This document shows, piece after piece, positions 1-9,107 of a stretch of 16,204 nucleotides of DNA. Both the position numbers and the translations under genes were made by a program. Below the pieces are notes generated by a model that saw only the letters and a list, made by a program, of their open reading frames with translations, did not search any database and had not been told where the DNA came from. The stretch covers positions 1 to 16,204 of the forward strand of contig NW_021825195.1 in assembly GCF_006345805.1 (NCBI RefSeq). Direction: 5' to 3'. Every line of letters begins with the position of its first letter. Position 1 is the first letter of the stretch. Source of the stretch: Octopus sinensis (lineage: Eukaryota).

Positions 1-184
1 CAGAGATTCATAACATTCTTTCGTAATATTACTGGATTAGTAAACAGCGTCTTCACCATCAGCTGAGGAAACATATGAGAGGGAAGTTATAGTTGTATGG
101 TCAAAAGATTCGTTTCATCCTGTTAAATAGATTTTTTAATGTGCATCTTAGAAACTTGCAAACAAGTTATACTGCCAGAGTGGA

Positions 185-860
185 TGTATATGTATGTATA
201 TCAATCAGTTTTATTTCGAGAATTCTTGCCAATAGAGAAAGAGTCGGTTTCGAATCGTGATCCAAGGCTCCTTCACCGGAATGCCAGCATCAACAACAAG
301 GTATTTTTGTGTGTATGTATGTATACATGCAATTTTGTATGTTTTGTTTGATGTATGTTTTCTCATGTATATACTTTTTCATGTCTAGACATGCTCATAT
401 ATACTTAAATGATAAACTTCTGGAAAGTTTTACAGATTTTTACAGTTCCCGTGATGGCTTGGAATTGTGGTCTTCGAATCAGCTTTCTTCTTTCTGATTT
501 TGAGAAACAATTTCTCATGCTTGGTATTTAGGCAGTGTGTTACATATTCCAGTGCCCCAATAATTACAGGCATAAACCTAAACTTGTAATCTGGATAGAT
601 TAGCTGAAGATTTCTCAATATTTCAGCGTAGGTTTTCTCTTTTTCACTGATCTTCAGCTTTATGATAACGTCCACTAGGCAGCTGATTTCCACAACTGTT
701 CACTGTTTCTCTTCTCTATTCCAAATCTTTATATCAGATCAACTGTCCTTACATTTTATTAAGGTCTTCACTGGAGCACTCCACCAGTATTCCTTTTCAT
801 ACTGTGGGTTCTTATTTATTTGTTCTCGGGGTTATCCTTTCGACGGATCGCGTTGTATAC
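185..860 (-). mobile_element. 3' remnant of an R4/Dong-like non-LTR retrotransposon (restriction-like endonuclease domain, 3' UTR and microsatellite tail)
   Basis: Across frameshifts and stops the minus strand reads VYNAIRRKDNPE..EKEYWWSAPVKT..SDIKIWNREEK..VVEISCLVDVIIKLKISEKEKTYAEILRNLQLIYPDYKFRFMPVIIGAL..QAITGTVKICKTFQKFII* (stop 405-407). This matches the RLE pattern (R)PD..(D/E)..K..Y..L..PVIIGALG. AATAAA lies at 215-210 (minus) and is followed by a TACA-type tail at about 185-200. Confidence 0.8.
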
Positions 861-861
861 C

Positions 862-1250
862 AAGAGGGTGGTTTGGTGCTCTGCCTTTCTGTTGTTTTCC
901 TTTCGCCGCTGACACTTCCCAACTTGTTTGTTTCTATAGCTGCTCTCTAGCGAAGCACTTCCTTCCTTCATCACAGTCCTTCATGTTGTTCTGTCCTCAG
1001 CCCTCTCTTCCCATGTGCCAACATCCACCTCAAACGTTTGCAAGTGTCCTTATACCTCAATTTTGGTCTTCCTCTTGGTCTCTTGCCTTGGGCCAGTTCT
1101 CCATAAAGCAGTTCCTTCGGGATTTGCTGGTCATCTATTTGCCTGACATGCCCCAGTCACCTCAGTCTTCTCATACACAAGATAGTTGTCATGCTTTGAA
1201 GATTTGTCTGTACCAGCACTTCAACATTGGTAACCTTGTCGCGTCATGTT
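862..1250 (-). mobile_element. RTE-clade LINE fragment (post-RT C-terminal region), decayed
   Basis: The minus strand reads *RDKVTNVEVL..SMTTILCMRRLR*LGHVRQIDDQQIPKELLYGELAQGKRPRGRPKLRYKDTCK. This is the RTE signature W.DKV.N.EVL / RRLRWLGHV / IPK.LLYGEL..GKRPRGRP, with both Trp codons mutated to TGA. Confidence 0.85.
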
Positions 1251-1408
1251 TGTTAAATATGAAATGCATTACTTAATATACAGTTATAATACCAAGACAC
1301 AGCAACAGACTAGAACATATATGAATATAAGTTTGTCCAAGTTTCAGTAACGAAGAGGCGTGAACGATTTTGTAAATATCAAGCGATATAAGAGCAAACA
1401 TTAGTTTC

Positions 1409-1587
1409 ACATACACACACATACACACACACGGACACACACACACACATATGTATGTATATATGCATGCATGTGTGTATGTGTGTGTATATAGATACAT
1501 ATATAAACATATATATGTGTTTATATATATACATATATGTGTGTGTAGGTATGTATTTACGTATATATATATATACACCCACAATAG

Positions 1588-1664
<77 letters not shown>

Positions 1665-1718
1665 CATATATACATATATATAATATACATATATACATAT
1701 ATATATATATAAATATAT

Positions 1719-1761
<43 letters not shown>

Positions 1762-1765
1762 ATAG

Positions 1766-1813
<48 letters not shown>

Positions 1814-1910
1814 TACATACATGCATACATATATATATAGAAATACATATATATATGTGTGTGTATGTAGATTTATATATTTGTGAACATACAGACATAC
1901 ACACATTCAC
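1409..1910. repeat. Compound (CA)n/(TA)n/(TACA)n microsatellite, about 500 bp
   Basis: Directly visible; explains the YI-repeat ORFs at 1273-1910. Confidence 0.97.
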
Positions 1911-2339
1911 GCACAGTGGTAATTAAAATTAGACAATCGTTTAAACGATAACATTTTTGTCTTTTTTTCTAGCATCAATTTTTTACAACAAAATGGCTAC
2001 TAGATAATAATATATAATTCAGAAGAATTCGACTGAGGAAAATAAAAGAAGACAAGGAGGAAACAGTTTTTCTTTCTTCTTCTTTAAATCGAATCCTTGA
2101 AATCAACAACTAAAATATTTAAAAATGGAAAACACAAAAAAATATTTAGAGACAAGGAAATTATGACGTCCTACTTGGACAAGAGACAGTTATTGAAAAC
2201 GGGAGAATATAATAGTTTTAGCGATTTCTTTCGCCTCCGGCTTTTAATCAGTGATCAAGCAGTCGCTGTTTTCTAGGTATTTTTTTTCTTCTTTTAATGA
2301 TTGTTTTAAAAATATTACACGCAGATATAATAGATGATT

Positions 2340-2420
2340 AAGTAGTTCATTTTGAAAATACGTGGTTCTGGGTTCGATCACAGCACGCAGCATTTTGATC
2401 GATTGTCGTATCCTCTATTG
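2340..2420 (+). mobile_element. Highly decayed SINE head (family A-like)
   Basis: 'acgtggttctgggttcgatcacagc' resembles the B-box segment 'acatggttccgagttcagtcccac' of the copy at 14489. Confidence 0.4.
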
Positions 2421-2456
2421 TCGTACTGATCATTATTTTTATTCATGTATGTGTAA

Positions 2457-2617
2457 GATACAGGTGTGACTGTGTGGTAAGACGTTTACTTCCCAACCAC
2501 ACGGTTCTAGGTTCAGTCCCATTGCGTACCAGCTTGGGCAGGTGTCTTCTACCATAGCCTCGGGCCAACCAAAGCTTTGTGAGTGAGTTTTGGCAGACAG
2601 AAACGTAAAGAAGAAAC

Positions 2618-2678
<61 letters not shown>

Positions 2679-2936
2679 TGAGTGAGTGAGTGTCTGTCTG
2701 TCTGTCTGTCTACTGTCGGTTTGTTATTGTGTCTGTCTTTGTTTCCATCACTGTCTGACAACCGGTATTTGTGTGTTTATGTCCTCGTAAACTTAGCTGT
2801 TTGGCAAAATATCCCGATAGAATAAGTACCAGAAAAAAAGAAAACCGGTGCGGGGCGTAGATTCATTCGACTAAAATTTCTTCGAGGCGATGCTCCAGTA
2901 TGACCGCATTTTGATGACTGACGCAAAGGTAAAAGA
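2457..2936 (+). mobile_element. SINE family A (tRNA-like head, CORE-like segment, internal microsatellite, 3' module)
   Basis: Homologous end to end with 14489-14905. It has a head 'tgtgtggtaag..ggttcagtccc', then 'cttgggcaggtgtcttctaccatagcctcgggcc', an internal (TG)n/(TGAG)n/(TGTC)n at 2621-2712 and a 3' module '..aataagtac..ggcgatgctccag..atgactga'. Confidence 0.85.
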
Positions 2937-2950
2937 TATTTATGTGTGTG

Positions 2951-2987
<37 letters not shown>

Positions 2988-3156
2988 AATTGAGATAGGG
3001 GTTGTAAGTGCAACCCTCCATGGGATAACATATATCCAATATACTGCTAGTGAAGCACCCCAAAAAGTTAATACATAAATGTTAAGAACTGCGATGCAGT
3101 TAATTCATTTACTGTATTATATGGGCAAAGGTAAAATGTTTTACCACAAATTAATA

Positions 3157-3692
3157 ATACAAAATAAGAAAATGGAGAAACACATCTTAATCAATGATCA
3201 ACTACCAGATAATACCCAATCACATAGTTTATTAAACCACTACATATGTGTATGTTTCTATGTGTATATTATATTATATATTATGGGTATGTACCCACTA
3301 TTGTATGGGTGTACCTCCTCTGATTTTCATATTTAATTTAGTTTGTTCTTCATAATCTCTGAAGAGGCCTTGGGATATTTTTGTAAGTGTCTCATTTATA
3401 ACTACATATTAACCTTTCACACATGGCTAATATGAGCATAATGAGGCACCCATATCTGCATGGCTGAAACAGCTGTAAGATGTAGTTTATATTTATATTT
3501 GTATTTATTTATATTCACTTATACATACTGTACTTATTGTATCATATTACTCTTTCATGTACATTGTTTTTTGTTCTATATTATTATGTTTGACCTTAAT
3601 GTTCAAATGTAGTGGTTTAATAAATTATGTGATTGGGTATTATCTGCTAGTTGATCATTGATTAAGATGTGTTTCTCCATTTTCTTATTTTG

Positions 3693-3695
<3 letters not shown>
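3157..3695 (+). mobile_element. Short non-coding insert with 89-bp inverted terminal copies and an internal hammerhead-like motif (putative non-autonomous Penelope-like element)
   Basis: 3157-3245 is the reverse complement of 3607-3695 (2 mismatches by eye). The right end runs into (TA)n. The Penelope-like assignment is inferred from the HHR plus inverted-terminus architecture. Confidence 0.6.
3355..3481 (+). ncRNA. Type I hammerhead ribozyme-like motif with extended stem II
   Basis: Stem I is ATCT 3355-58 / AGAT 3478-81, the core is CTGAAGA 3359-65, and stem II is GGCC 3366-69 / GGCT 3462-65 with nested helices. GAAA lies at 3466-69, stem III is the palindrome CAGCTG 3470-75, and the GTA cleavage triplet ends at 3477. 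Confidence 0.75.
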
Positions 3696-3744
<49 letters not shown>

Positions 3745-3749
<5 letters not shown>

Positions 3750-3896
3750 TGTAGCGTGGAAGATGTTTGTAAGCCATTTAGAAACACACAAAAGTCGTTC
3801 GATTCACTTCAACATTAAACTTAAATGTTGAAGTGAATCGAACGGCTTTTGTGTGTTTCTTAAATGGCTTACAAACACCTTCCCCGCTGCAATTGT
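3745..3896. repeat. Near-perfect long hairpin (72/73-bp arms, 7-nt loop) in an insert flanked by (TA)n
   Basis: 3745-3816 pairs with 3824-3896; 4 substitutions and 1 indel by eye; loop AAACTTA. Confidence 0.93.
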
Positions 3897-4000
3897 TTTC
3901 GTTTCAGCACGCAATCTCAGATCAAATCACTTGCTATGCGAGTACATTTCCGTAATATATACATATACATATATACATATATGCATATATACATACATAT

Positions 4001-4159
4001 ACGACGGGCTTCTTTCAGTTTCTGTCTACCAAATCCACTCACAAGGATTCAGTCGACCCAAGACTATAGTAGAAGACACTTGCCCAAGGTGCCATGAAGT
4101 GAGACTGAACCCGGAACCATGTGACTGGAAAGCAACCTACACACAGCCACGCCTGCGCC
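4001..4159 (-). mobile_element. SINE family A, 5' half only
   Basis: Reverse complement of the 14489-14651 head; ends in the (TA/TACA) tract at 3956-4000. Confidence 0.85.
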
Positions 4160-4199
4160 AGGTGACTTTCATCTAATTTTTCATTTTCAATGTCTGTAC

Positions 4200-4520
4200 C
4201 AGATTATTTGCCTTTTCTGAATCGCGTCTTTTTGGCGCATTTGTTCAATCCCATACTCATCCTCATATCATTGCTGAAACTATAGAGAATTGGTAGGCTT
4301 TATAATTCGTTGTTACTCTCTGCGAAGATTTTCAACTTACCCGTCTACAAGGGATAATTTGTATTTTGTCCGTAACACCTGCATCCCCATAGCGGTTCAT
4401 TTTGCAATTTTATTAATGGGATAAAAGTAAGGCAGAAACGTAGCGTTGTGGACAGTGAGTCAGCATAGAAGATTCCTCTTCTTATAAGTACAGGACTGGT
4501 TTTGATGACTTTTCCGTTTA
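4200..4520 (-). mobile_element. Old R4/Dong-like reverse transcriptase fragment
   Basis: The minus strand reads IKTSPVLIRRGIFYADSLS..FCLTFIPL..KLKIFAESNNEL..YSFSNDMRMSMGLNKCAK..FRKGK. This matches the clade pattern IRRGIFQGDSLSPLLF..YMDDLKLFA..FS.DIGM.FGL.KCA; the catalytic YMDD has decayed. Confidence 0.75.
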
Positions 4521-4521
4521 C

Positions 4522-5470
4522 ACCGCTGCCTTTTTGCAACATCCCTGACTGTGTGGCTATTATTATACTATATCGGTTCGACTGGTTTTCCCTCTGGTAT
4601 TTGATGCGATGTTGAGCTGGAGCTTAAAGTCCGCATTAAGCGCTAAAATCACTTGGTTAAGAAGTACCCTCCATCACTGCTGGTGATTATTTCGTCAGCT
4701 AATATGTTTGTTTGTTCCTTCTCGAGCCATCCCTGGCTCATAAGGGCCGGTTTCCCGGTTTCCTTGGCGCATAGGATCCCCATCTGGACGGGACGCCGGT
4801 CCGTCGCAGGTGAGCTGCAAGATACAGAAGGAAAGAGTGAGAGAAAGTTATGGCGAAAGAGTCAGCAGAAGTTCGCCATCATCTGCTGCCGGACTCGCGT
4901 GGAGCTTAAGTGTTTCGCTCATAAACACACACATCGCCCGGTCTGAGATTCGAACCCGCGATCCCTCGACTGCGAGTCCGCTGCTCTAACCACTAGGCCA
5001 TGTGCCTCCACCGTCAGCTAATATAGCCAGCGCCAAATAAGGATGCATCGTCAACATAACAACGTACCGTTGGCCGTCAATAGCAGTTCAAAGGTGATTT
5101 AGTTTACATATCTATCTATGCCGTTGTTACAAATACTTCATTCATTTATAGCCCGCCAGCTTTTTGCGACGTCACAGGCTGTTTGGCTATAATTATACTA
5201 TATCGGTTTGACTGGTTTTCTTTCTTACATTCGGTGCGAGGTTGAGCCACCGCTCAAAAGCCACAGAAAACGGTGAAACCACTTGACACAGCTCTGCCAT
5301 CCGCCGTCGCATACTATTATTTCGTCAGCCGATTCAGTCAGAGTTTAATGAGGACGTGTCATCAACATGAGATTATATCTCTGGACGTTAATAGCAATTT
5401 AAAAGTGATCTAATCAACACATCCCATTATAGTGGATGTGCTAATTAATATTCCTTATAAATACCGCTGC
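4522..5470. repeat. Diverged tandem duplication, 311-bp unit x2 (first unit interrupted by a SINE)
   Basis: Shared blocks are 'ttatactatatcggtt(c/t)gactggttttc', 'tattatttcgtcagc' and 'tcaacat..aatagca'. Boundary motifs at 4522, 5152 and 5463 give a 311-bp period after removing the 319-bp SINE plus TSD. Confidence 0.8.
4706..5011 (-). mobile_element. Full-length tRNA-derived SINE (family B) with 13-bp TSD
   Basis: The minus-strand head has A box TGGCCTAGTGG and B box GGTTCGAATCT, and the tail is (AAAC)n. TSD CGTCAGCTAATAT lies at 4693-4705 and 5012-5024. Confidence 0.93.
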
Positions 5471-5592
5471 TGTCTCTAATAGCTAATTTAATGTTATAAC
5501 AGTTTTCCATTTCGTCTCCGTATGACTGATACACTCGAAGAGCGTTGGGGTTACATTATTTATGTAGACTATCTTCAGTATCCATGAGCGTT

Positions 5593-5866
5593 GGGCGATG
5601 AAATAGCAGAATCGTTAGCGCAACGAACAAAATGCTTAGCATCACTTCTCCCGGCTCTTTACTTACATTCTGCGTTTCGAGGACCCTTCGGGGTCGATGT
5701 AATCGACTTAACCCTTCCTTCGAAACTGCTAGCCCTTTTGCCAAAATTTAAAATGCGTTTCATTTTTTCGGGATCGATAAATTAAGTACCAGTTGTGTAC
5801 TGGGATCGATGCAATCGATTTATCCCCTCTCCCAAAATAGCTGCACTTCTGACAAAATTTGAAACC
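5593..5866 (+). mobile_element. SINE family C (Meta-SINE-like central domain), rearranged with duplicated 3' part
   Basis: Homologous to 8384-8584: head 'gcagaatcgttagc..aaatgcttag' and 'ttcgggatcgataaattaagtaccag'. The motif 'ggg(g/a)tcgatg(t/c)aatcga..caaaattt' occurs twice, followed by (ATT)n. The superfamily name comes from my memory of the motif. Confidence 0.7.
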
Positions 5867-6054
5867 ATTATTATTATTATTACTGTTGTTGCTGTTGCTA
5901 TTGCTGCTGCTGCTGCTGCTGCTGCCACTGCTGCTGCTACTGCCACTGCTTTTGACACCACTGATATCCAGTCATAAAATGAAATACCAGTAACTGAATG
6001 CAAAATGAAAAGAAAAAAGAAGAGGTGAAGGGGTTGAAGAAGAAGAACAACAAA

Positions 6055-6106
<52 letters not shown>

Positions 6107-6145
6107 GTAATAATAATAATAATAATAATAAAATAATAATAATAA

Positions 6146-6176
<31 letters not shown>

Positions 6177-6320
6177 AAGAAGAAGAAGAATACAAGGATA
6201 TATGGGAGTGCAATCAGAATGGAGGGTGGCTGGGAAAAATGGCAAGTGCCAAGTAACGTGGTCATGTAATACCACCATCACTACCACCATCACCACCACC
6301 ACCACCACCACCACCACCAT
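5867..6320. repeat. Trinucleotide microsatellite cluster: (ATT)n, (GCT)n, (AAT)n, (AGA)n, (CAC)n
   Basis: Directly visible; source of the poly-N/R/T/A/L ORFs. Confidence 0.95.
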
Positions 6321-6439
6321 TAGCAACAAAAACAACAACAGATTTTGAATAAGGCCATAAAACACGGTTAACTCCATAAACACTGATAGATGAGGGTTGT
6401 AAGAAAATGTAGTTGAGATATATAGAGAATGTGATAGCT

Positions 6440-6570
6440 AGAGGGAGGAGAGAGAGAGAGAGGGGGAGAGAAGAGAGAGGGAGCGAAGAGAGAGGGAGAG
6501 AAGAGAGAGGGAGAGAAGAGAGAGGGAGAGAAGAGAGAGGGAGAGAAGAGAGAGGGAGAGAGCAGAGAGA
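6440..6570. repeat. Polypurine tract with a 15-bp minisatellite (GAGAGAAGAGAGAGG) x about 6
   Basis: Directly visible at 6466-6560. Confidence 0.9.
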
Positions 6571-7182
6571 AAAAGTAGTAAAAAGAGAAAAAAAGTGGTA
6601 AAATAAAGTCCAGTGTAAAGATGAAAGAAAGGAAATAGTAAAATGTGGACTAACAATATATCAAACGAGGAAGAAATAAAAGAATAGAATTGGAAAGGGG
6701 GGGAGGAGGAGGAGAAGGTGAGGAGTGTGAGGGAGAAGACGAATGTCAGTGCGAAGGAATAGGTGCTTTGTAAAAGTGAAAGATATCTTGTGTATTGACG
6801 TAATAACAAATGAAACGAGAATTGGAATTGAACGAGAGAGAAAGATAGAGGAATGCAAAAAGAGAAAGAGAGGGGATTAAGAGTGAGAGAGAGAGAGAGA
6901 GAGTGTGTGTGTGTGTGAGAGAGAGTAGGGGAGAGGGTTGGGACATAAAGGAGTTTATAAGCAAGAGACAAAAGGAAGGTGAGTAATAAATGTAGAGGTA
7001 AAAAAGGTGAAATCAAGGCAGATCCAATTTATAGGTATGGCAGCCAAACACGAGTCTCAAATGGTGCTACCATGTGACCATTCAACCTGCTTGAAATAAC
7101 AGCTAAATCACACTTAAATCATACTTTGCTGTCAAAAGAGAAAAAAAAGTACTGTACTTCGTGCAATGTATTCCTGGATATA

Positions 7183-7748
7183 TTGGGTTGTCCGGAATGT
7201 TTTTAAAGGATTTATAAAGGAAAGAAAAAGGTCAATAAATACTTGCCATTACATTTTTAATCAACCAAATATTAACCATTTCGTTGCACAATGCGTCTCC
7301 ATCTTTCCTTTAACTTGAAAATACCATCTTCCCAGAATTGAGGTGGTTTCATGGCAAAGAATTCATCAAGGTATCTTTTTACGTCATCCAAAGAATTGAA
7401 ATTTTTACCATTAAGACTATTCTGCAGAGACCTGAATAAGTGGAAATCCGATGGAGCAATATCTGGTGAATATGGAGGGTGAGGTAACACATCCCAACCG
7501 AGCTACAGCAATTTTTGTCTGGTTCCCAAAGCGTCAAGTGCCGAAAAAAACTTTCTTATCTTCCATTTTAAAGGGTTACAAAATTAACACAGGTTATAGG
7601 AACATAAATCTTCTTCCACGAAAAGATAGCTTAAACTGTGCTCTAAATGGAAGTGAAGTTAAATCCTATTTTATGGACTGAAACATGTTCTAAAATAAGT
7701 CGAAATGTAAGCTACTATAAATCGGCACGAACTTTCCGGACAACCCAA
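7183..7748 (-). mobile_element. Internally deleted mariner transposon (about 566 bp)
   Basis: TIRs TTGGGTTGTCCGGAA sit at both ends with TA duplications (7181-82, 7749-50). The N-terminal MEDKKV..RHL (ATG 7566) is fused near 7530 to the C-terminal GWDVLPHPPYSPDIAPSDFHLFRSLQNSL..GIFKLKERW, which has the mariner YSPDLAP(S)D motif. Confidence 0.93.
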
Positions 7749-7769
7749 TACTTCCTTTAAAGAAAAAAA

Positions 7770-8036
7770 CAAGTTGCTCATGAGATTAACATGCAAGTGG
7801 CTGAGCGCTCCACAGACACGCGTACCCCTTCACATACTTCTCAGAGATTCAGCGTGACACAGAGTGTGACAAGGCTGACTCCTTGAAATACAGGTACTAC
7901 TCATTTTTGCCAGCTGAGTGGACTGGGGCACCGTGGAATAAAGCGTCTTGCCCAAGGATACAATGCACCGCCAAGAATTGAACTTGCGACTCTATGATCG
8001 TGAGCCGAATACCCTAACCACAAAGCCACGCGCCTT
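7770..8036 (-). mobile_element. tRNA-derived SINE family D (CORE-like middle; 3' module shared with 8694-8880)
   Basis: The head at 7970-8036 is tRNA-like and 'cagctgagtggactgg..tcttgcccaaggatacaa' is CORE-like. The module 'tgcaagtggctgagc..gattcagcgtgacacagagtgtgacaagg..gaaatacaggtac' is nearly identical to 8773-8879. Confidence 0.8.
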
Positions 8037-8214
8037 CGTAAGTACATATGTTTCCCTTAACACACACACACACACTGATAGGTAGGAATTAATTTAATCA
8101 TCCAACAGTGTACTGGAAAATTTTAGTGCGCACAGTGTCACAGTCCACCACTACACTACTACCACAGCACACATATACACCAAATTAATGCACTTATAAC
8201 AAAGCCTGCGTATA

Positions 8215-8383
8215 TTCTATTCTACTTTAGGCACAAGGCCCGAAATTTTGAGGAAGGGGCCAGTCAATTAGATCGTCCCCAATACGTAACTGGTACTTAA
8301 TTTATCGACCCCGAAAGAATGAAAGGCAAAGCCGACCTCGGTGGAATTTTAACTCAGAACGTAATAGCAGACGAAATATCGCC
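8215..8383 (-). mobile_element. SINE family C, 5'-truncated copy
   Basis: Repeats 'cgtaactggtactta..tcgaccccgaaag.atgaaaggcaaag.cgacctcgg.ggaattt.aactcagaac', also seen at 8440-8514. Confidence 0.85.
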
Positions 8384-8584
8384 AGAGAGAACAAACAAGG
8401 ACAGACAAACGGATTAAGTCGATTATATCGACCCCAGTGCGTAACTGGTACTTATTTAATCGACCCCGAAAGGATGAAAGGCAAAGTCGACCTCGGCGGA
8501 ATTTGAACTCAGAACACGTAGCGGCAGACGAAATACAGTTAAGCATTTCGCCCGGCGTGCTAACGTTTCTGCTAGCTCACCGCC
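8384..8584 (-). mobile_element. SINE family C, near full-length copy
   Basis: The minus strand reads 'ggcggtgagctagcagaaacgttagc..gagttcaaattcc' (B-box-like), then 'gcctttcatcctttcggggtcgattaaataagtaccag'. Its 3' end differs from the adjacent copy. Confidence 0.85.
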
Positions 8585-8693
8585 TTAAAGCCTACACACA
8601 TATATACACAAGTATACTCGTACACTTTTAAAACCAACGCACACAATTATTCATGCTTAGCACACGCAAACGCACACACATAGAGTACATATA

Positions 8694-9078
8694 GCAGGAG
8701 CACTCCGTCGGTTACGACGATGAGGGTCCCAGCTGATACGATCAACGGAACAGCTTGCTCGTGGAATTAACGTGCAAGTGGCTGAGCATTCCACAGACAC
8801 GTGTACCCTTAACGTAGTTCTCGAGGAGATTCAGCGTGACACAGAGTGTGACAAGGTTGGCCCTTTGAAATACAGGTACAACAGATACAGGAAGAAAGAG
8901 TGAGAGAAAGTTGTGGTGAAAGAGTACAGCAGGGTTCACCACCACCCCCTGCAGGAGCCTTGTGAAGCTTTAGGTGTTTTCGCTCAATAACCACTCACAA
9001 TGCCCGGTCTGGGAATCGAAACCGCGATCCTACGACCGCGAGTCCGCTGCCCTAACCACTGGGCCATTGCGCCTCCAC
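8694..9078 (-). mobile_element. Full-length chimeric SINE (family B head/body plus family D 3' module) with 12-bp TSD
   Basis: TSD AGAGTACATATA lies at 8682-8693 and 9079-9090. 8883-9078 is homologous to 4820-5011, and 8755-8880 is homologous to 7775-7898. Confidence 0.9.
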
Positions 9079-9107
9079 AGAGTACATATATTCTCAATCC
9101 GACTGTA

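Noticed and set aside
662-1276. 204-aa plus-strand ORF
   Set aside because: It is the antisense shadow of the RTE and R4 remnants and has no recognisable domain.
1273-1910. Multiple YI/CV-rich ORFs (also at 10922, 11383, 14275, 15405)
   Set aside because: They are translations of dinucleotide microsatellites.
1912-2320. CACAGTG (RSS heptamer/Transib-like start) heading an AT-rich non-repetitive segment
   Set aside because: There is no nonamer at 12 or 23 spacing, I found no matching opposite terminus and there is no coding signal; a 7-mer is expected by chance.
4345-4600. Possible cadherin, kringle or ankyrin-like peptides (GVNGKV, FCNIPDC, TACDVAK) in and near the 311-bp repeat
   Set aside because: These are isolated short motifs in different frames with stops; the 4345-4520 part is better explained as R4-like RT.
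4940-5011. tRNA gene (also 9010-9078)
   Set aside because: The A/B boxes belong to SINE heads continuous with body, tail and TSDs.
6466-6560. CRISPR-like periodic array
   Set aside because: These are contiguous low-complexity tandem units with no unique spacers, in a eukaryotic context.
5782-6601. Homopolymeric and REERG-repeat ORFs
   Set aside because: They are products of trinucleotide and 15-bp purine repeats; there is no splice or domain evidence.
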